DNA of 64,000 nucleotides, from contig CAVVCK010000001.1 in the NCBI GenBank assembly GCA_963746775.1, positions 418,435-482,434 on the forward strand. The letters are read 5' to 3'. The notes below the pieces were generated by a model. It searched no databases. It had not been told where the DNA came from and saw only the letters and a program-made list of their open reading frames with translations. The DNA is from an uncultured bacterium. GTDB taxonomy: Bacteria; Patescibacteriota; JABMPQ01; CAVVCK01. Of this stretch, positions 9,130 through 19,774 are shown piece by piece (the stretch's first letter is position 1; every line of letters starts with the position of its first letter). A program made the translations under genes and the position numbers.

Positions 9130-10173
9130 TTATACCTTCTTATTATAGCCTTTAGTTAAACTCCGATATGACCAAAATCCTATGGGCATAGGCAGCCACA
9201 ATGCTAAAAACCTAAAAATTAAAACAGCCAATATAGCTAATTCCAGAGGAACTCCAAAACCAGAATAAATAAGAGCTAAGGATGCTTCAAATATTATAAA
9301 TCCCGAAGGAACAAGAGAAACAAAAGAAAAAACATCCGCTAAAACAAACCCGATAATTAATATTGCTATGGAAATTTCATAATTTAGGGCTTTAAAAATA
9401 AAAAATACAGTCAAAATATCAAAGACATGGACTAAAATAGCATAAAGTAACGATTTAAACATTTGTTTCTTCCTGCCTTTTACCTCTCTCCAGCCACGAT
9501 AGAATTCTTCTATCATCATAAATATTTCTTCTTCCTCTAGCAACTCTCTTTTTATCAATCTTCTAGAAATTCTATTTAATTTAGAAAGGATGAAACGCAA
9601 AACTTTTTCGAAAAGAGTGCGCTTGCGAAAAAATAGGTACACCCCCACAGTTAATATTACCGTTACTAAAAATCCAAGGCCAGAAGCAATAAATTCTTCT
9701 ACATTAATTTCATTCCTGGCTACCAAATAAATTATTACTCCGATAAGGAAAAAATAAAAACTTAAATTATTAAATAAATAATATAAGACAACTACTACAG
9801 CGCTAATACCTTTCTTTATCTTTTCCTTGCTAAAAAAATAGAATAAAAAAGAAGTCCCGGATAACCCACCAGAAGGAAAAGCAACATTTAAAAAATTTAT
9901 AGAAAGTACAGCTTTAAAAGACTTAAAAAATTTTATTTTTGTATGCTGTATTAAGAGCAAATTATTAATAAAAAGTACGACAGAAATATAAGTTAAAATT
10001 TGAGTAAATAATGCTAAAACTATAAAAATTATTTTTGCTTCTTTTACAGCTTCAACAACTTTTTGAAAATCAGAAAACTTTAGAAAAATTAAAATAATAA
10101 CGGAAAAAATAGCAGCAATCAGTATCACCTGCGACCAATGAAATTTTTTAATATTATTTCTCTTCTCTAACAA
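9130..10173 (-). CDS. UPF0104 / lysylphosphatidylglycerol-synthase TM (flippase-like) protein
   Basis: Multi-TM; PSGG..G, VPSG...E and FR...W motifs. Confidence 0.75.
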   Translation of the reverse strand: MLEKRNNIKKFHWSQVILIAAIFSVIILIFLKFSDFQKVVEAVKEAKIIFIVLALFTQILTYISVVLFINNLLLIQHTKIKFFKSFKAVLSINFLNVAFPSGGLSGTSFLFYFFSKEKIKKGISAVVVVLYYLFNNLSFYFFLIGVIIYLVARNEINVEEFIASGLGFLVTVILTVGVYLFFRKRTLFEKVLRFILSKLNRISRRLIKRELLEEEEIFMMIEEFYRGWREVKGRKKQMFKSLLYAILVHVFDILTVFFIFKALNYEISIAILIIGFVLADVFSFVSLVPSGFIIFEASLALIYSGFGVPLELAILAVLIFRFLALWLPMPIGFWSYRSLTKGYNKKV

Positions 10174-10247
10174 GGGTTTATTTTATATAATAAGATAAGC
10201 TAAGATAAACTTATTACATCTTACCTCAATTTTAACATTTTTCAATA

Positions 10248-12776
10248 ATGATCTTCTCTCGATATACAAAATTAGACACTGCTAATGCCCTAAAAGATTT
10301 AAAAGCCAGGCAAACAGGACTTTCCTCATCTGAAGCCAAAAAAAGACTCAATCAATTTGGTTTAAATGAAATAGCTGCCAAGGAAACAAAAATCTGGCAA
10401 ATCTTTCTCAGACAATTCAAAACTTCTTTTATTTATCTTTTACTCTTTGCAGTTATTGTTTCATTCTTATTAAACGAAACAATGAATGGAATTGTTATTT
10501 TAATTTTTGTTTTAGTCAATGCTGCTTTGGGCTTTATACAAGAATACCGTTCACATCGGACACTTAGCATTTTAAAAAAATATTTAAAAAAAGAGGCTCT
10601 TGTTTTACGTAACGATAAAGAGCTTACAATTAACAAAAAAAATCTAGTCCCCGGCGATATTGTTATTTTAAACCCAGGCGATATTATCCCGGCTGATTTA
10701 AGAATGATTTATGAACATAATTTAATTGTTAACGAGGAAACCTTAACTGGTGAATCAAAAGCAGTTAATAAAGTTACTGCTTCATTAAAAAATGAAGCTA
10801 AAGAAATTTATCAAGCTAAAAATATTCTTTTTTCTGGAACAGAAGTAATTTCCGGCCAAGCTCGCGGTCTTGTTATAACTACCAGAAATGATACTGCTTT
10901 CGGAAAAATTGCCAAATTGACTACAGAAACAGAGAGAGAAAGCCCTTTTGAAAAAGAACTGCTGCAATTTAGCCGATTTATATTAAAAGTAGTCATTATT
11001 ACTTTAGTTTTAGTCTTTTTGGCAAATCTAGTTATAAAGGGAAAACCAGAACAAGCTGGCGATTTTTTACTTTTTTCCATTGCCTTAGCTGTTAGCATTA
11101 TTCCAGAAGTTTTACCAACAATTACTAGCATTTCCCTGTCCAGAGGAGCTCTAAAATTAGCTCGAAAAAAAATTGTTATAAAAAGACTGGCTTCAATCCA
11201 TGATTTAGGCAGTATTGAAATATTATGCACAGACAAAACCGGAACTATTACAGAAAATAAATTAAAAGTTGCCAATATCAATTCCTTTGACAAAGAAAAA
11301 TGCCTCCTGAATTCAATTTTAGCTTACGAGCAAAATAATACACAGAAAAATTCTTTTGACGAAGCCTTACTAGCAGAACAAGATAAAAAAATTATAGAAA
11401 AAACAAAAGAATTTAAAAAAATTGATGAGATTCCTTTTGATTCCGAAAGAAGGAAAAATAGCGTTTTGGTATCTAATGAAAAAGATACCTTTATTATTGC
11501 CCGTGGTGCACCGGAAAATATTTTAAAAATCTGCCGTAAGATATTTATCGATCATCAAGAAGAAAACTTAACTCCCCTCGTAGAAAATATAAAAAAACAA
11601 ATTAAAGAAGAGGGACTCTTGGGCAGAAGAGTAATAGCCTTAGCTATAAAAAAATTTAACCGTCAAACTTATATCGAAAAAGATGAAAACGAAATGACTT
11701 TCCTAGGCTTTATTTCTTTTACCGATCCTCTCAAGCCAACCTCTATGAAAGCTATTAAATTAGCCAAAAAATTAGGAGTAAAGGTTAAAATATTAACTGG
11801 TGACAGTCCAAGCGTTGCTTTCGCTGTAGGCAAAGAAATCGGATTAGTTAATAGCCCACAAGAGGTTATGACTGGGAATGAGCTCGATGTCTTGAAAAAT
11901 CATGAATTCAGTAAGGCAGCAGAAAAATTTGATATTTTTGCTAGAATTTCACCAGAACAAAAATATAAAATAATTAAAAGCTTGCAAGAAAAAAAAGAAG
12001 TTGGCTTCTTGGGAGAAGGAGTAAATGATGCCCCCGCTTTAAAAATAGCTAATACAGCTTTAGTCGTTCCCTCAGCAGCTGATATTGCTAAAGACGCCGC
12101 CGATATACTCTTACTTCAGAAAAGCTTGTTAGTAATAATTGATGGTATAAAAGAAGGACGCAATATTTTCACTAATATTATTAAATATATAAAAATAACT
12201 TTAGTTTCTAACTTTGGAAATTTCTATTCCTTAGCCATAATTTCTTTAATGCTGAATTTCTTACCTATGCTGCCAATCCAAATTCTTTTAATCAACTTGA
12301 TTTCCGATGCGCCAATGATTGCTATATCAGCTGATAGCGTAGATGTAGCTGAATTAAAAAAACCAAAACATTACAAAATAAAAACCATTGTTGTGCTGAT
12401 TTTTATTTTGGGATTTGTCAGTTCTATTTTTGATTTTATTTTTTTTGGTATTTTTGGAAAAATGCCAGAGGAAACCTTACAAACACTTTGGTTTATCGAA
12501 AGCATTTTAACGGAAATTATCTTAATCTTTTCTCTAAGAACTAACCTCTTTTCATTAAAAGCAAAAATGCCTTCCAAAATTTTATCCTTACTTTCTTTGA
12601 GCGCCTTCCTTGTTACTATCGGCTTACCTTATACTTCTTTTGGACAAAATATCTTTCATTTTTCTGCGCCCCTACCTTGGATGATTATAACTATTATTAT
12701 AATAGTTACTTTCTATTTTATCACTAATGAAGCAATAAAACTTATTTATTATAGGATGCAGAAAAAAACAGATTAA
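10248..12776 (+). CDS. P-type ATPase, MgtA-like
   Basis: TGES, IPEVLP, DKTGT, TGD, GEGVNDAP, SNFGN. Confidence 0.88.
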   Translation: MIFSRYTKLDTANALKDLKARQTGLSSSEAKKRLNQFGLNEIAAKETKIWQIFLRQFKTSFIYLLLFAVIVSFLLNETMNGIVILIFVLVNAALGFIQEYRSHRTLSILKKYLKKEALVLRNDKELTINKKNLVPGDIVILNPGDIIPADLRMIYEHNLIVNEETLTGESKAVNKVTASLKNEAKEIYQAKNILFSGTEVISGQARGLVITTRNDTAFGKIAKLTTETERESPFEKELLQFSRFILKVVIITLVLVFLANLVIKGKPEQAGDFLLFSIALAVSIIPEVLPTITSISLSRGALKLARKKIVIKRLASIHDLGSIEILCTDKTGTITENKLKVANINSFDKEKCLLNSILAYEQNNTQKNSFDEALLAEQDKKIIEKTKEFKKIDEIPFDSERRKNSVLVSNEKDTFIIARGAPENILKICRKIFIDHQEENLTPLVENIKKQIKEEGLLGRRVIALAIKKFNRQTYIEKDENEMTFLGFISFTDPLKPTSMKAIKLAKKLGVKVKILTGDSPSVAFAVGKEIGLVNSPQEVMTGNELDVLKNHEFSKAAEKFDIFARISPEQKYKIIKSLQEKKEVGFLGEGVNDAPALKIANTALVVPSAADIAKDAADILLLQKSLLVIIDGIKEGRNIFTNIIKYIKITLVSNFGNFYSLAIISLMLNFLPMLPIQILLINLISDAPMIAISADSVDVAELKKPKHYKIKTIVVLIFILGFVSSIFDFIFFGIFGKMPEETLQTLWFIESILTEIILIFSLRTNLFSLKAKMPSKILSLLSLSAFLVTIGLPYTSFGQNIFHFSAPLPWMIITIIIIVTFYFITNEAIKLIYYRMQKKTD

Positions 12777-12792
12777 AATAAATCTTAGAATT

Positions 12793-13272
12793 TTAGATAT
12801 TTTTTTTAACTGTAGTAAGTCCTGTTCTCACTAATTCCAAAATGTTTTTATTTTTAATTTTGGATATAATCTTATCGACATTAATATGAGTAGTGGTTAT
12901 TTCTAAAACAATTTCTTTTTTATTTTTTTCTAAAATATTCAAATTACCTCTTTTTTCTATATATTGAGCTAAAACCTTATTGAATCCCTTACTTAAAATT
13001 CTTAAAATTAGCAGCTCTCTTACGTTTACTTTTCTTAAATCAACCTGCTCTATCTTCACGACTTCAATTAATTTATTAATCTGGTTAATAACTTGATCCA
13101 TGCGAGTTCCCCTAACAACTAAAGTAATTAAAGTTCGATCTTTGATGTGAGTTTTCCCAGCTGTAATAGTTTCAATATTAAAATTGCGTCTTCTACAAAT
13201 TGAAGAAATTTTACCTAACACCCCCGGCCTATTTTCCACCCAAATATTAATTATTTCTTTTTTTTGTTTCAT
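12793..13272 (-). CDS. ilvN: Acetolactate synthase small subunit
   Basis: ENRPGVL...RRNFNI ACT domain, ELVRTG; 4-nt overlap with the ilvB stop. Confidence 0.9.
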   Translation of the reverse strand: MKQKKEIINIWVENRPGVLGKISSICRRRNFNIETITAGKTHIKDRTLITLVVRGTRMDQVINQINKLIEVVKIEQVDLRKVNVRELLILRILSKGFNKVLAQYIEKRGNLNILEKNKKEIVLEITTTHINVDKIISKIKNKNILELVRTGLTTVKKNI

Positions 13273-14942
13273 ACCATTGTTTCATTTAATGAAGCACCAG
13301 GTGAAACCATAGGAAAAACGTTATCTTCACTTTTAATCACAAATTCATTTATAATCGGACCTTTTCTATTTCTTGATTTTCTAATATTTTCACAAGCTTC
13401 TTTCAAATTTTTTGATTTGTAAAATGGGATTTTATAACCTTGAGCAATTTTTCCAAAATCAGGATTCAGGAGCTTAGTTCCTGAATAATTTTTATTATAA
13501 AACATTTCTTGCCACTGGCGCACCATGCCTAAATAGCCATTATTGAAAACAGCTATTTTTACATCTAGATTTTCCTGCATTATGGTTCCCAACTCTTGGA
13601 TATTCATTTGAAATCCGCCATCACCCATTAAAGCCCATACTTCTGATCGAGGCTTAGCAAATTTAGCTCCGACTGAAGCCGGCAGACTATAGCCCATACA
13701 ACCAAGACCGCCAGAAGATAATAACTTTGGCTTGGAAAATTGATAATGTTGAGCAGTCCACATTTGATTTTGACCAACATCAGAAACAACTAAAGCTTCT
13801 CCTATGGTTTGTTTATAAATTTCATTAATAACATGCTTAGCCCGCATCTGACCTTTTTTATCTTCTCTGTCGTCAAAAGCTTTAATTGGATTTTTCTTTT
13901 GCCAATCCTTTATTTTCTTAAACCAATCAGCATTTTTATTTGATTTAACTTCCTTATTAATTTCTCTTAATGCTCGCTTGGCATCACATAAAATTGGTAC
14001 ATCAACTACAGTATTTTTACCAATTTCAGCAGCATCGATATCTATATGAATTACTTTGGCATCCTTGGCAAATTCTTCTAGTCTTCCGGTAATTCTGTCA
14101 TCAAATCGCAAGCCAATTCCCATAATAAGATCGGCGTTATGAACAGCAAAATTAGCATAAGCCATGCCATGCATGCCTAGCATACCAAAATTTAATTTAT
14201 GGCTGTCGGGAAAAGCTCCCATACCAAGTAAAGTAGTAATTACTGGAATATTAGCCTTTTCAGCTAAATTTTTTAATTTCTTTTCAGCCCCAGATATAAC
14301 TACTCCATGCCCAGTTAATATAATGGGGCGTTTTGATTGGTTAATTAATTTAGCAGTTTTATTAATTATGTCTTTAGTTATTACATGGCAAGGATTATAG
14401 CCTGGTAAATTTATATTTTTGGGATATAAAAATGATTTTACTTCTTCCTTAGAAACATCAACTGGAATATCAATTAAAACTGGTCCAGGCCTGCCCGAAT
14501 TCGCAATATAGAAAGCCTCTTTGATAACGCGGGGTAGGTCACGAACTGAGTCAACATAATAATTATGTTTAGTGATAGGCTGAGTAATACCAGTTATATC
14601 TACTTCTTGAAAAGCATCAGTACCACCAACAGAAGTTGCCACCTGGCCGGTAATAGCTACCATAGGCACAGAGTCCAAATAAGCATTAGCAATACCCGAT
14701 ACTAAATTAGTAGCTCCGGGACCAGAGGTAGATAGGCATACTCCAACTTTTTTTGATGCCCGAGCATATCCATCAGCCGCCATAGCAGCACCTTGCTCAT
14801 TTCTAACTAAAACATGCTTTATTTTCTTAGCATATTTAGGCAAAACATCATAAATAGGAATAACTACTCCGCCTGGATAGCCAAAAATAACCTCCACTCC
14901 TTCTTTGATTAATGATTTTAATAATATATCTGCGCCGATCAT
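13269..14942 (-). CDS. ilvB: Acetolactate synthase large subunit
   Basis: FGYPGG, TSGPGATN, DAFQE, GMHG, GDGGFQM...NN. Confidence 0.96.
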   Translation of the reverse strand: MIGADILLKSLIKEGVEVIFGYPGGVVIPIYDVLPKYAKKIKHVLVRNEQGAAMAADGYARASKKVGVCLSTSGPGATNLVSGIANAYLDSVPMVAITGQVATSVGGTDAFQEVDITGITQPITKHNYYVDSVRDLPRVIKEAFYIANSGRPGPVLIDIPVDVSKEEVKSFLYPKNINLPGYNPCHVITKDIINKTAKLINQSKRPIILTGHGVVISGAEKKLKNLAEKANIPVITTLLGMGAFPDSHKLNFGMLGMHGMAYANFAVHNADLIMGIGLRFDDRITGRLEEFAKDAKVIHIDIDAAEIGKNTVVDVPILCDAKRALREINKEVKSNKNADWFKKIKDWQKKNPIKAFDDREDKKGQMRAKHVINEIYKQTIGEALVVSDVGQNQMWTAQHYQFSKPKLLSSGGLGCMGYSLPASVGAKFAKPRSEVWALMGDGGFQMNIQELGTIMQENLDVKIAVFNNGYLGMVRQWQEMFYNKNYSGTKLLNPDFGKIAQGYKIPFYKSKNLKEACENIRKSRNRKGPIINEFVIKSEDNVFPMVSPGASLNETMV

Positions 14943-14988
14943 GAGTTAGTTATTAGTTTATAGTTTTTATAATTAGTTAATATTTTCT

Positions 14989-15175
14989 ATTCCTCCCCTC
15001 CTCAGCTGAGGAGGGGTGTCTCAAGGGCTAATGCCCGAAGAGACGGAGTGGTGTTAAACGTGTTAGTTTAAATAAGACTTTATTATTTACCACTATCCAC
15101 GAACAACACCCCTATGTCTCCACACTTTTATTAAAAAGTGGGAGACATCTCCCCTCAGCTGAGGGGAGAAGGAAT
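14989..15175. repeat. REPIN/MITE-like nested palindromic element
   Basis: CCCCTCCTCAGCTGAGGAGGGG (14995-15016) and TCTCCCCTCAGCTGAGGGGAGA (15148-15169), each with an adjacent GTCTC..GAGAC-type hairpin; termini ATTCCT / AGGAAT. Confidence 0.75.
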
Positions 15176-15184
15176 ATATAAATA

Positions 15185-16799
15185 TTATTTTGTATAATTC
15201 TTCCTAAATTTCTCCATAAAAGGAGTTGTCTCTCTCTTTGGCACTTTCATTTTCTTCAATCTTTTCTCAATTTCAGCCTGTGATAATTTAACATTCAATC
15301 TTCTTTTAGATATATTAATTTCAATCACATCACCATTTTTTATAATTCCAATTACTCCACTATTATATCCTTCAGGCTCAATGTGACCAATACAAGCTCC
15401 TCTAGTTCCACCGGAAAAACGGCCATCTGTAAGCAAAGCTACTTTGAGACCTGCACCAGAAATCACTGAGGTAGGTGTCAACATCTCCGGCATACCAGGA
15501 GCACCAGCCGGCCCCATAAAATTAACTACTACTACATCACCATTTTTAATATTTTTATTTTCTACCGCCTTCATTACTGCTTCTTCAGTATTGAATACCT
15601 TGGCTGGTCCGCTAAATTCTAGCATATCTTTCTCTACTGCTGTTTGTTTTATAACCGATGAATTGCAAATATTTCCTTTCAAAACGGCAATACCTCCTTC
15701 TTTGTAATAAGGATTATTCAATGGTCGAATTACATCATTATTTTTAATTTTACCCTTTTGAGCTATTTCTTTTATATTTTTTCCATTTACAGTCTCTGAT
15801 GATTTTAAATATTTTTTTAATCTATTTAAAACTGCTGGAATTCCTCCTGCCTTATCCAAATCTTCCATTACATGCTCACCTGCTGGTCTTATTTTACAAA
15901 TATTGAGCGTAGTTTTAGATATTTTATCAAATAATTCCAATGGCAAATCAATATTCATCTCATTTGCTATAGCAGGTAAATGTAGAGCGGTGTTAGTTGA
16001 CCCCCCAATAGCCATATCAACTCTGATTGCGTTTTCAAAAGCAGCTTTAGTCATAATCTTCCGGGGGTAAATATTTTTCTTTACTAACTGCACAATTTTC
16101 TTGCCGGTCTGATAAGCTTGTTTTTTCTTTTTAGGATCTAGGGCTAGAGTTGTGGCACAACCAGTCAGGGACATACCCAAAACTTCTGTCATACAAGCCA
16201 TAGAATTAGCAGTAAATAATCCTGCGCAAGAACCAGCCCCAGGACAAGCCCGGCATTCTATTTTATAGGCTTCTTTCAAATCCATTTTACCAGCCTTAAC
16301 TTTTCCAACAGCTTCAAAAGCGCCAGATACTAAATCTATGCCTTTCCCGTCAATGCTCCCTTCTTTCATTGCTCCGCCAGTAAGAATTATAGCTGGTAAA
16401 TTTAACCTGCCAGCTGCCATAAGCATACCCGGTGTAATTTTATCGCAATTAGTTACCCCCCACCCAACCGTCCAAAGAATGAGATAACATCATAATTTCT
16501 ATATTATCAGCAATATGATCACGAGAGGGCAGTGACAATCTCATTTCCACATGCATAGCGATACCGTCACACACACCCGGCACTCCCCATTCAAATGGCA
16601 CTCCTCCTCCATCTACAATCCCTCTTTTAACTTCCTTAGTTAATTCATTTAAATGAATATGGCCTGGAATTATATCGTTATAGGAATTGGCAATACCAAT
16701 AAAAGGTTTTTTGAAATCATTATCTCTTAAACCTGTGGCACGAAGTAAGGATCTATGAGGCATTGTTTCAATGCCCTTTTTTAGTTTTTCACTTCTCAT
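15185..16799 (-). pseudogene. ilvD: Dihydroxy-acid dehydratase split by a single-base insertion (or a sequencing error)
   Basis: PGHIHL and VCDGI in the upstream ORF. Removing one base from the C6 run at 16456-16461 restores [18 protein letters not shown] and joins it to the ORF with CAGLFTAN and TDGRFSG. Confidence 0.9.
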
Positions 16800-17699
16800 T
16801 TAATTAACAAAAGTTAGCCATTTATAATATTTTTTATTTTTTCCATTAATAATCTGACTAAATTCTTCTTTTAGTTTTCTAGTAACAATTCCTAAATCAT
16901 TTTTTAATTTCTTCCCATTAATTTGCCCCACTGGTGATACTTCAGCCGCCGTACCAGTTAGGAAACATTCATCCGCTTCCTGTATATTTTTTAATTTTAA
17001 TTTCTTTTCTAATATTTTATAACCTAAATCTCGAGCTAGTTGCATAATAGACTCTCTGGTAATACCAGCCAAAATAGTGCCCAAAGGCGGAGTATAAATT
17101 ATATTATTTTTAACAATAAAAATATTCTCAGCTGACCCTTCGGCTACATAACCTTTATAATCAAGCATAATGGCCTCAGTATAACCTGCCTTCGTTGCTT
17201 CCATTACAGCTAACATAGCATTAACATAGTGCCCTGTTATTTTAGCATCAGCGAAGGTAGACTCCGGATGAATACGCACAAACCGCGATACTTTTAACCG
17301 AGCTGATTCTTCGCCAAGATATGAACCCCAAGACCAACAAGCAATAGCCACATCAACAGGTAAGCCTGTAGGATTTACGCGCAAAGGACCGTGACCATAA
17401 TAAGCAATAGGTCTAATATAGCCGGATTTAATTTTGTTCTTTTTAATTAAATTAACAATTGCCTCTTTCAGTTCTTTCTTGTTATAAGGCATTTTCATAT
17501 GTATGCACTTAGCCGAATAAAGCCATCTATTGATATGCTTGTCTAATTGAAAAATTGCCTGACCCTGTTTAGTATTATAAAATCGTATACCTTCAAAAGC
17601 ACCGGTTCCATAGTGCATGGTATGATTTAAAACATGGACTTGAGCTTTGTTCCAATCAACCAGTTTGCCATTAAACCAAATTTTTGATGTTTTTTGCAT
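16800..17699 (-). CDS. ilvE: Branched-chain amino acid aminotransferase
   Basis: HYGTGAFEG, YIRP, AK..G.Y, EGSAENIF, GITR, GTAAE. Confidence 0.96.
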   Translation of the reverse strand: MQKTSKIWFNGKLVDWNKAQVHVLNHTMHYGTGAFEGIRFYNTKQGQAIFQLDKHINRWLYSAKCIHMKMPYNKKELKEAIVNLIKKNKIKSGYIRPIAYYGHGPLRVNPTGLPVDVAIACWSWGSYLGEESARLKVSRFVRIHPESTFADAKITGHYVNAMLAVMEATKAGYTEAIMLDYKGYVAEGSAENIFIVKNNIIYTPPLGTILAGITRESIMQLARDLGYKILEKKLKLKNIQEADECFLTGTAAEVSPVGQINGKKLKNDLGIVTRKLKEEFSQIINGKNKKYYKWLTFVN

Positions 17700-17700
17700 T

Positions 17701-18288
17701 TTATTCCAAATTAGTATGCTTTCCTTTCATATACTTTTCCGAAATACCAAACTCGCTCATTAGAATGGGAATTATAGAATCAAAATAAATCATAGTGCTC
17801 AATTCAAATAATGTCCCCATGGGCATAATCTTTTTATTCTTTTCAACTAATTGTCTAGCCAAATAATTTTCTGTATCTGATTCTTCTACTTTAGTTTTTA
17901 ATTTAATTTTCACATCAGAAATCTTTCCTATAGAGGAATTTTCATTACTAGTTATAGTTATTATTTTTGATTTTTGGCTTTTGGCCGCTTGAGCTACATG
18001 TAAAACAGAGCTAGTTTCACCAGAACCACTGACAACTAATAAAACATCATTTCGTGAAATAGCCGGCGTAATAGTATCACCCACAAAATATACTTCCTTA
18101 CCTAAATGAACTAAGCGCATAGCAAATGATTTAGCTACCAATCCAGATCGACCTGCTCCAAAAACAAAAACTTTTTGTGAATTTTCAATTATTTCTACAG
18201 CAGCTTTAGTATCTCTCTTAGAAGATTTTGATATAATTGTCTCAATGTTCTTGGTAATTTTCTTGGCATTTTTTATAAAATCCGGCAT
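17701..18288 (-). CDS. hxlB: 6-phospho-3-hexuloisomerase
   Basis: GAGRSG, SGSGET, PMGTLFE, HTNLE C-terminus. Confidence 0.92.
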   Translation of the reverse strand: MPDFIKNAKKITKNIETIISKSSKRDTKAAVEIIENSQKVFVFGAGRSGLVAKSFAMRLVHLGKEVYFVGDTITPAISRNDVLLVVSGSGETSSVLHVAQAAKSQKSKIITITSNENSSIGKISDVKIKLKTKVEESDTENYLARQLVEKNKKIMPMGTLFELSTMIYFDSIIPILMSEFGISEKYMKGKHTNLE

Positions 18289-18306
18289 TTGTTATGAATT
18301 TATAAT

Positions 18307-18963
18307 TTATAATGTAAAATTTTGAATTGATTCTTTAATACTTTTTGCAGCCTCGACTGGATCATCTACCCCTGTAATCCCTCCACCAACTATCACTATA
18401 TCTATATTTTTAATTCCTTCTAACTGGCTTATATTTTCTTGTTTAATTCCTCCGGCAACCACCAATTTCCCACCTAAACCTGATATAGCCTCTGATATTT
18501 CTCTGGTTTTAGAAAAAGTTGTTTTACCCTGTCTTTGCTCACTTATGCCACAATGCACTCCTAATAATTTCACTCCCATCTTAATTAATTCTTTAGACCT
18601 TTCAATATAGTCCCTAACACCAATTAAATCAACTACCGCAATTAAACCATTCTTATTAGCAAATTTTAAGCCATCCTCAATATTCTCTATAGGGGATGCC
18701 CCAAGCATAGTTACATAAGTCGCTCCACATTCCATAGCTACTTGAAATTCAATGTCAGCTACATCAGCTGCTTTTAAATCGGCTACTAAGGGCTTTTTTG
18801 TTTTTTCACTAAACGCTTTTAAAACATCTCTCATCCCACAAGCCTTAAGCAAGGGTGTACCAGCTTCGATAAGATCTACTTCAGATTCTACTTTTTCTAT
18901 CATCTTCAGCGGATCTTCTAAGCTTACATAGTCGAGTGCTAATTGTAATTTTGGTTTTTCCAT
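18307..18963 (-). CDS. hxlA: 3-hexulose-6-phosphate synthase
   Basis: LQLALD, EAGTPL, ADLK, VAGGI; adjacent to hxlB. Confidence 0.88.
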   Translation of the reverse strand: MEKPKLQLALDYVSLEDPLKMIEKVESEVDLIEAGTPLLKACGMRDVLKAFSEKTKKPLVADLKAADVADIEFQVAMECGATYVTMLGASPIENIEDGLKFANKNGLIAVVDLIGVRDYIERSKELIKMGVKLLGVHCGISEQRQGKTTFSKTREISEAISGLGGKLVVAGGIKQENISQLEGIKNIDIVIVGGGITGVDDPVEAAKSIKESIQNFTL

Positions 18964-19403
18964 TATTTATAATTATTTATTTTATTAACTCTATCCTTGT
19001 GTCTTCCACCTTCAAATTCACTTCCCAAAAATCTATCAACTATTTTAGTCGCTAAATCATAATCAATAATTCTTGCACCTAAACATAAAACATTAGCATT
19101 ATTATGTTTTCTTGTCATTTCTGCTTCTTTTTCTATATTACAATGCGCTGCCCTAATGCCTTTTACTTTATTAGCCGCTATACACATTCCAATCCCTGTC
19201 CCACAAATTAAAATTCCTAAACTATTTTCTTCACTTGCTACTTTTTTCCCTAATTTAAAAGCGTAATCAGGATAATCAACTGAATCAATGTTATTTGTCC
19301 CTAAATCTTCAATTTCAATATTTTTATCTTTTAAATAATTTTTTACTTTTTCTTTTAGTTCAAATCCGGCATGATCTGAAGCTATATATATTTTTTTAGA
19401 CAT
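18963..19403 (-). CDS. rpiB: Ribose-5-phosphate isomerase B
   Basis: SDHAG, DYPD, CGTGIG, HNNAN, GGRH. Confidence 0.95.
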   Translation of the reverse strand: MSKKIYIASDHAGFELKEKVKNYLKDKNIEIEDLGTNNIDSVDYPDYAFKLGKKVASEENSLGILICGTGIGMCIAANKVKGIRAAHCNIEKEAEMTRKHNNANVLCLGARIIDYDLATKIVDRFLGSEFEGGRHKDRVNKINNYK

Positions 19404-19774
19404 AATTAAATAAATTATTTATAAAATATCAACTTTGTTAGGTTTAATCTTTGGTTTCTCAGTCCCATAAACAGATGGTGGCATATTACTTACTATTCCT
19501 TTAAAAGTACCAAATGATAAGGAAATAATCAAATCGATATTATTTCATAACATTTTACCGTTTTGTTTTCCCTGGTAATAACAATCAAAATAATCAATAA
19601 AATTTAAATGATGTAAATAAAATATATCTTTTTTTGCTGATGTTGGATATTCGGAAAAACAGATAGAAACTATTTTACCAATTCCTAATTGTTTTTTATA
19701 GATTGTATTCATGATTTATATTATTTCAAAAATTGTCTAAATCTGTTAATATTTATCTACATTAATAAATTATT

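Noticed and set aside
19420-19715. Interrupted minus-strand ORF upstream of rpiB; possible third attenuator
   Set aside because: No recognisable family, no control-codon run, no terminator/antiterminator pair
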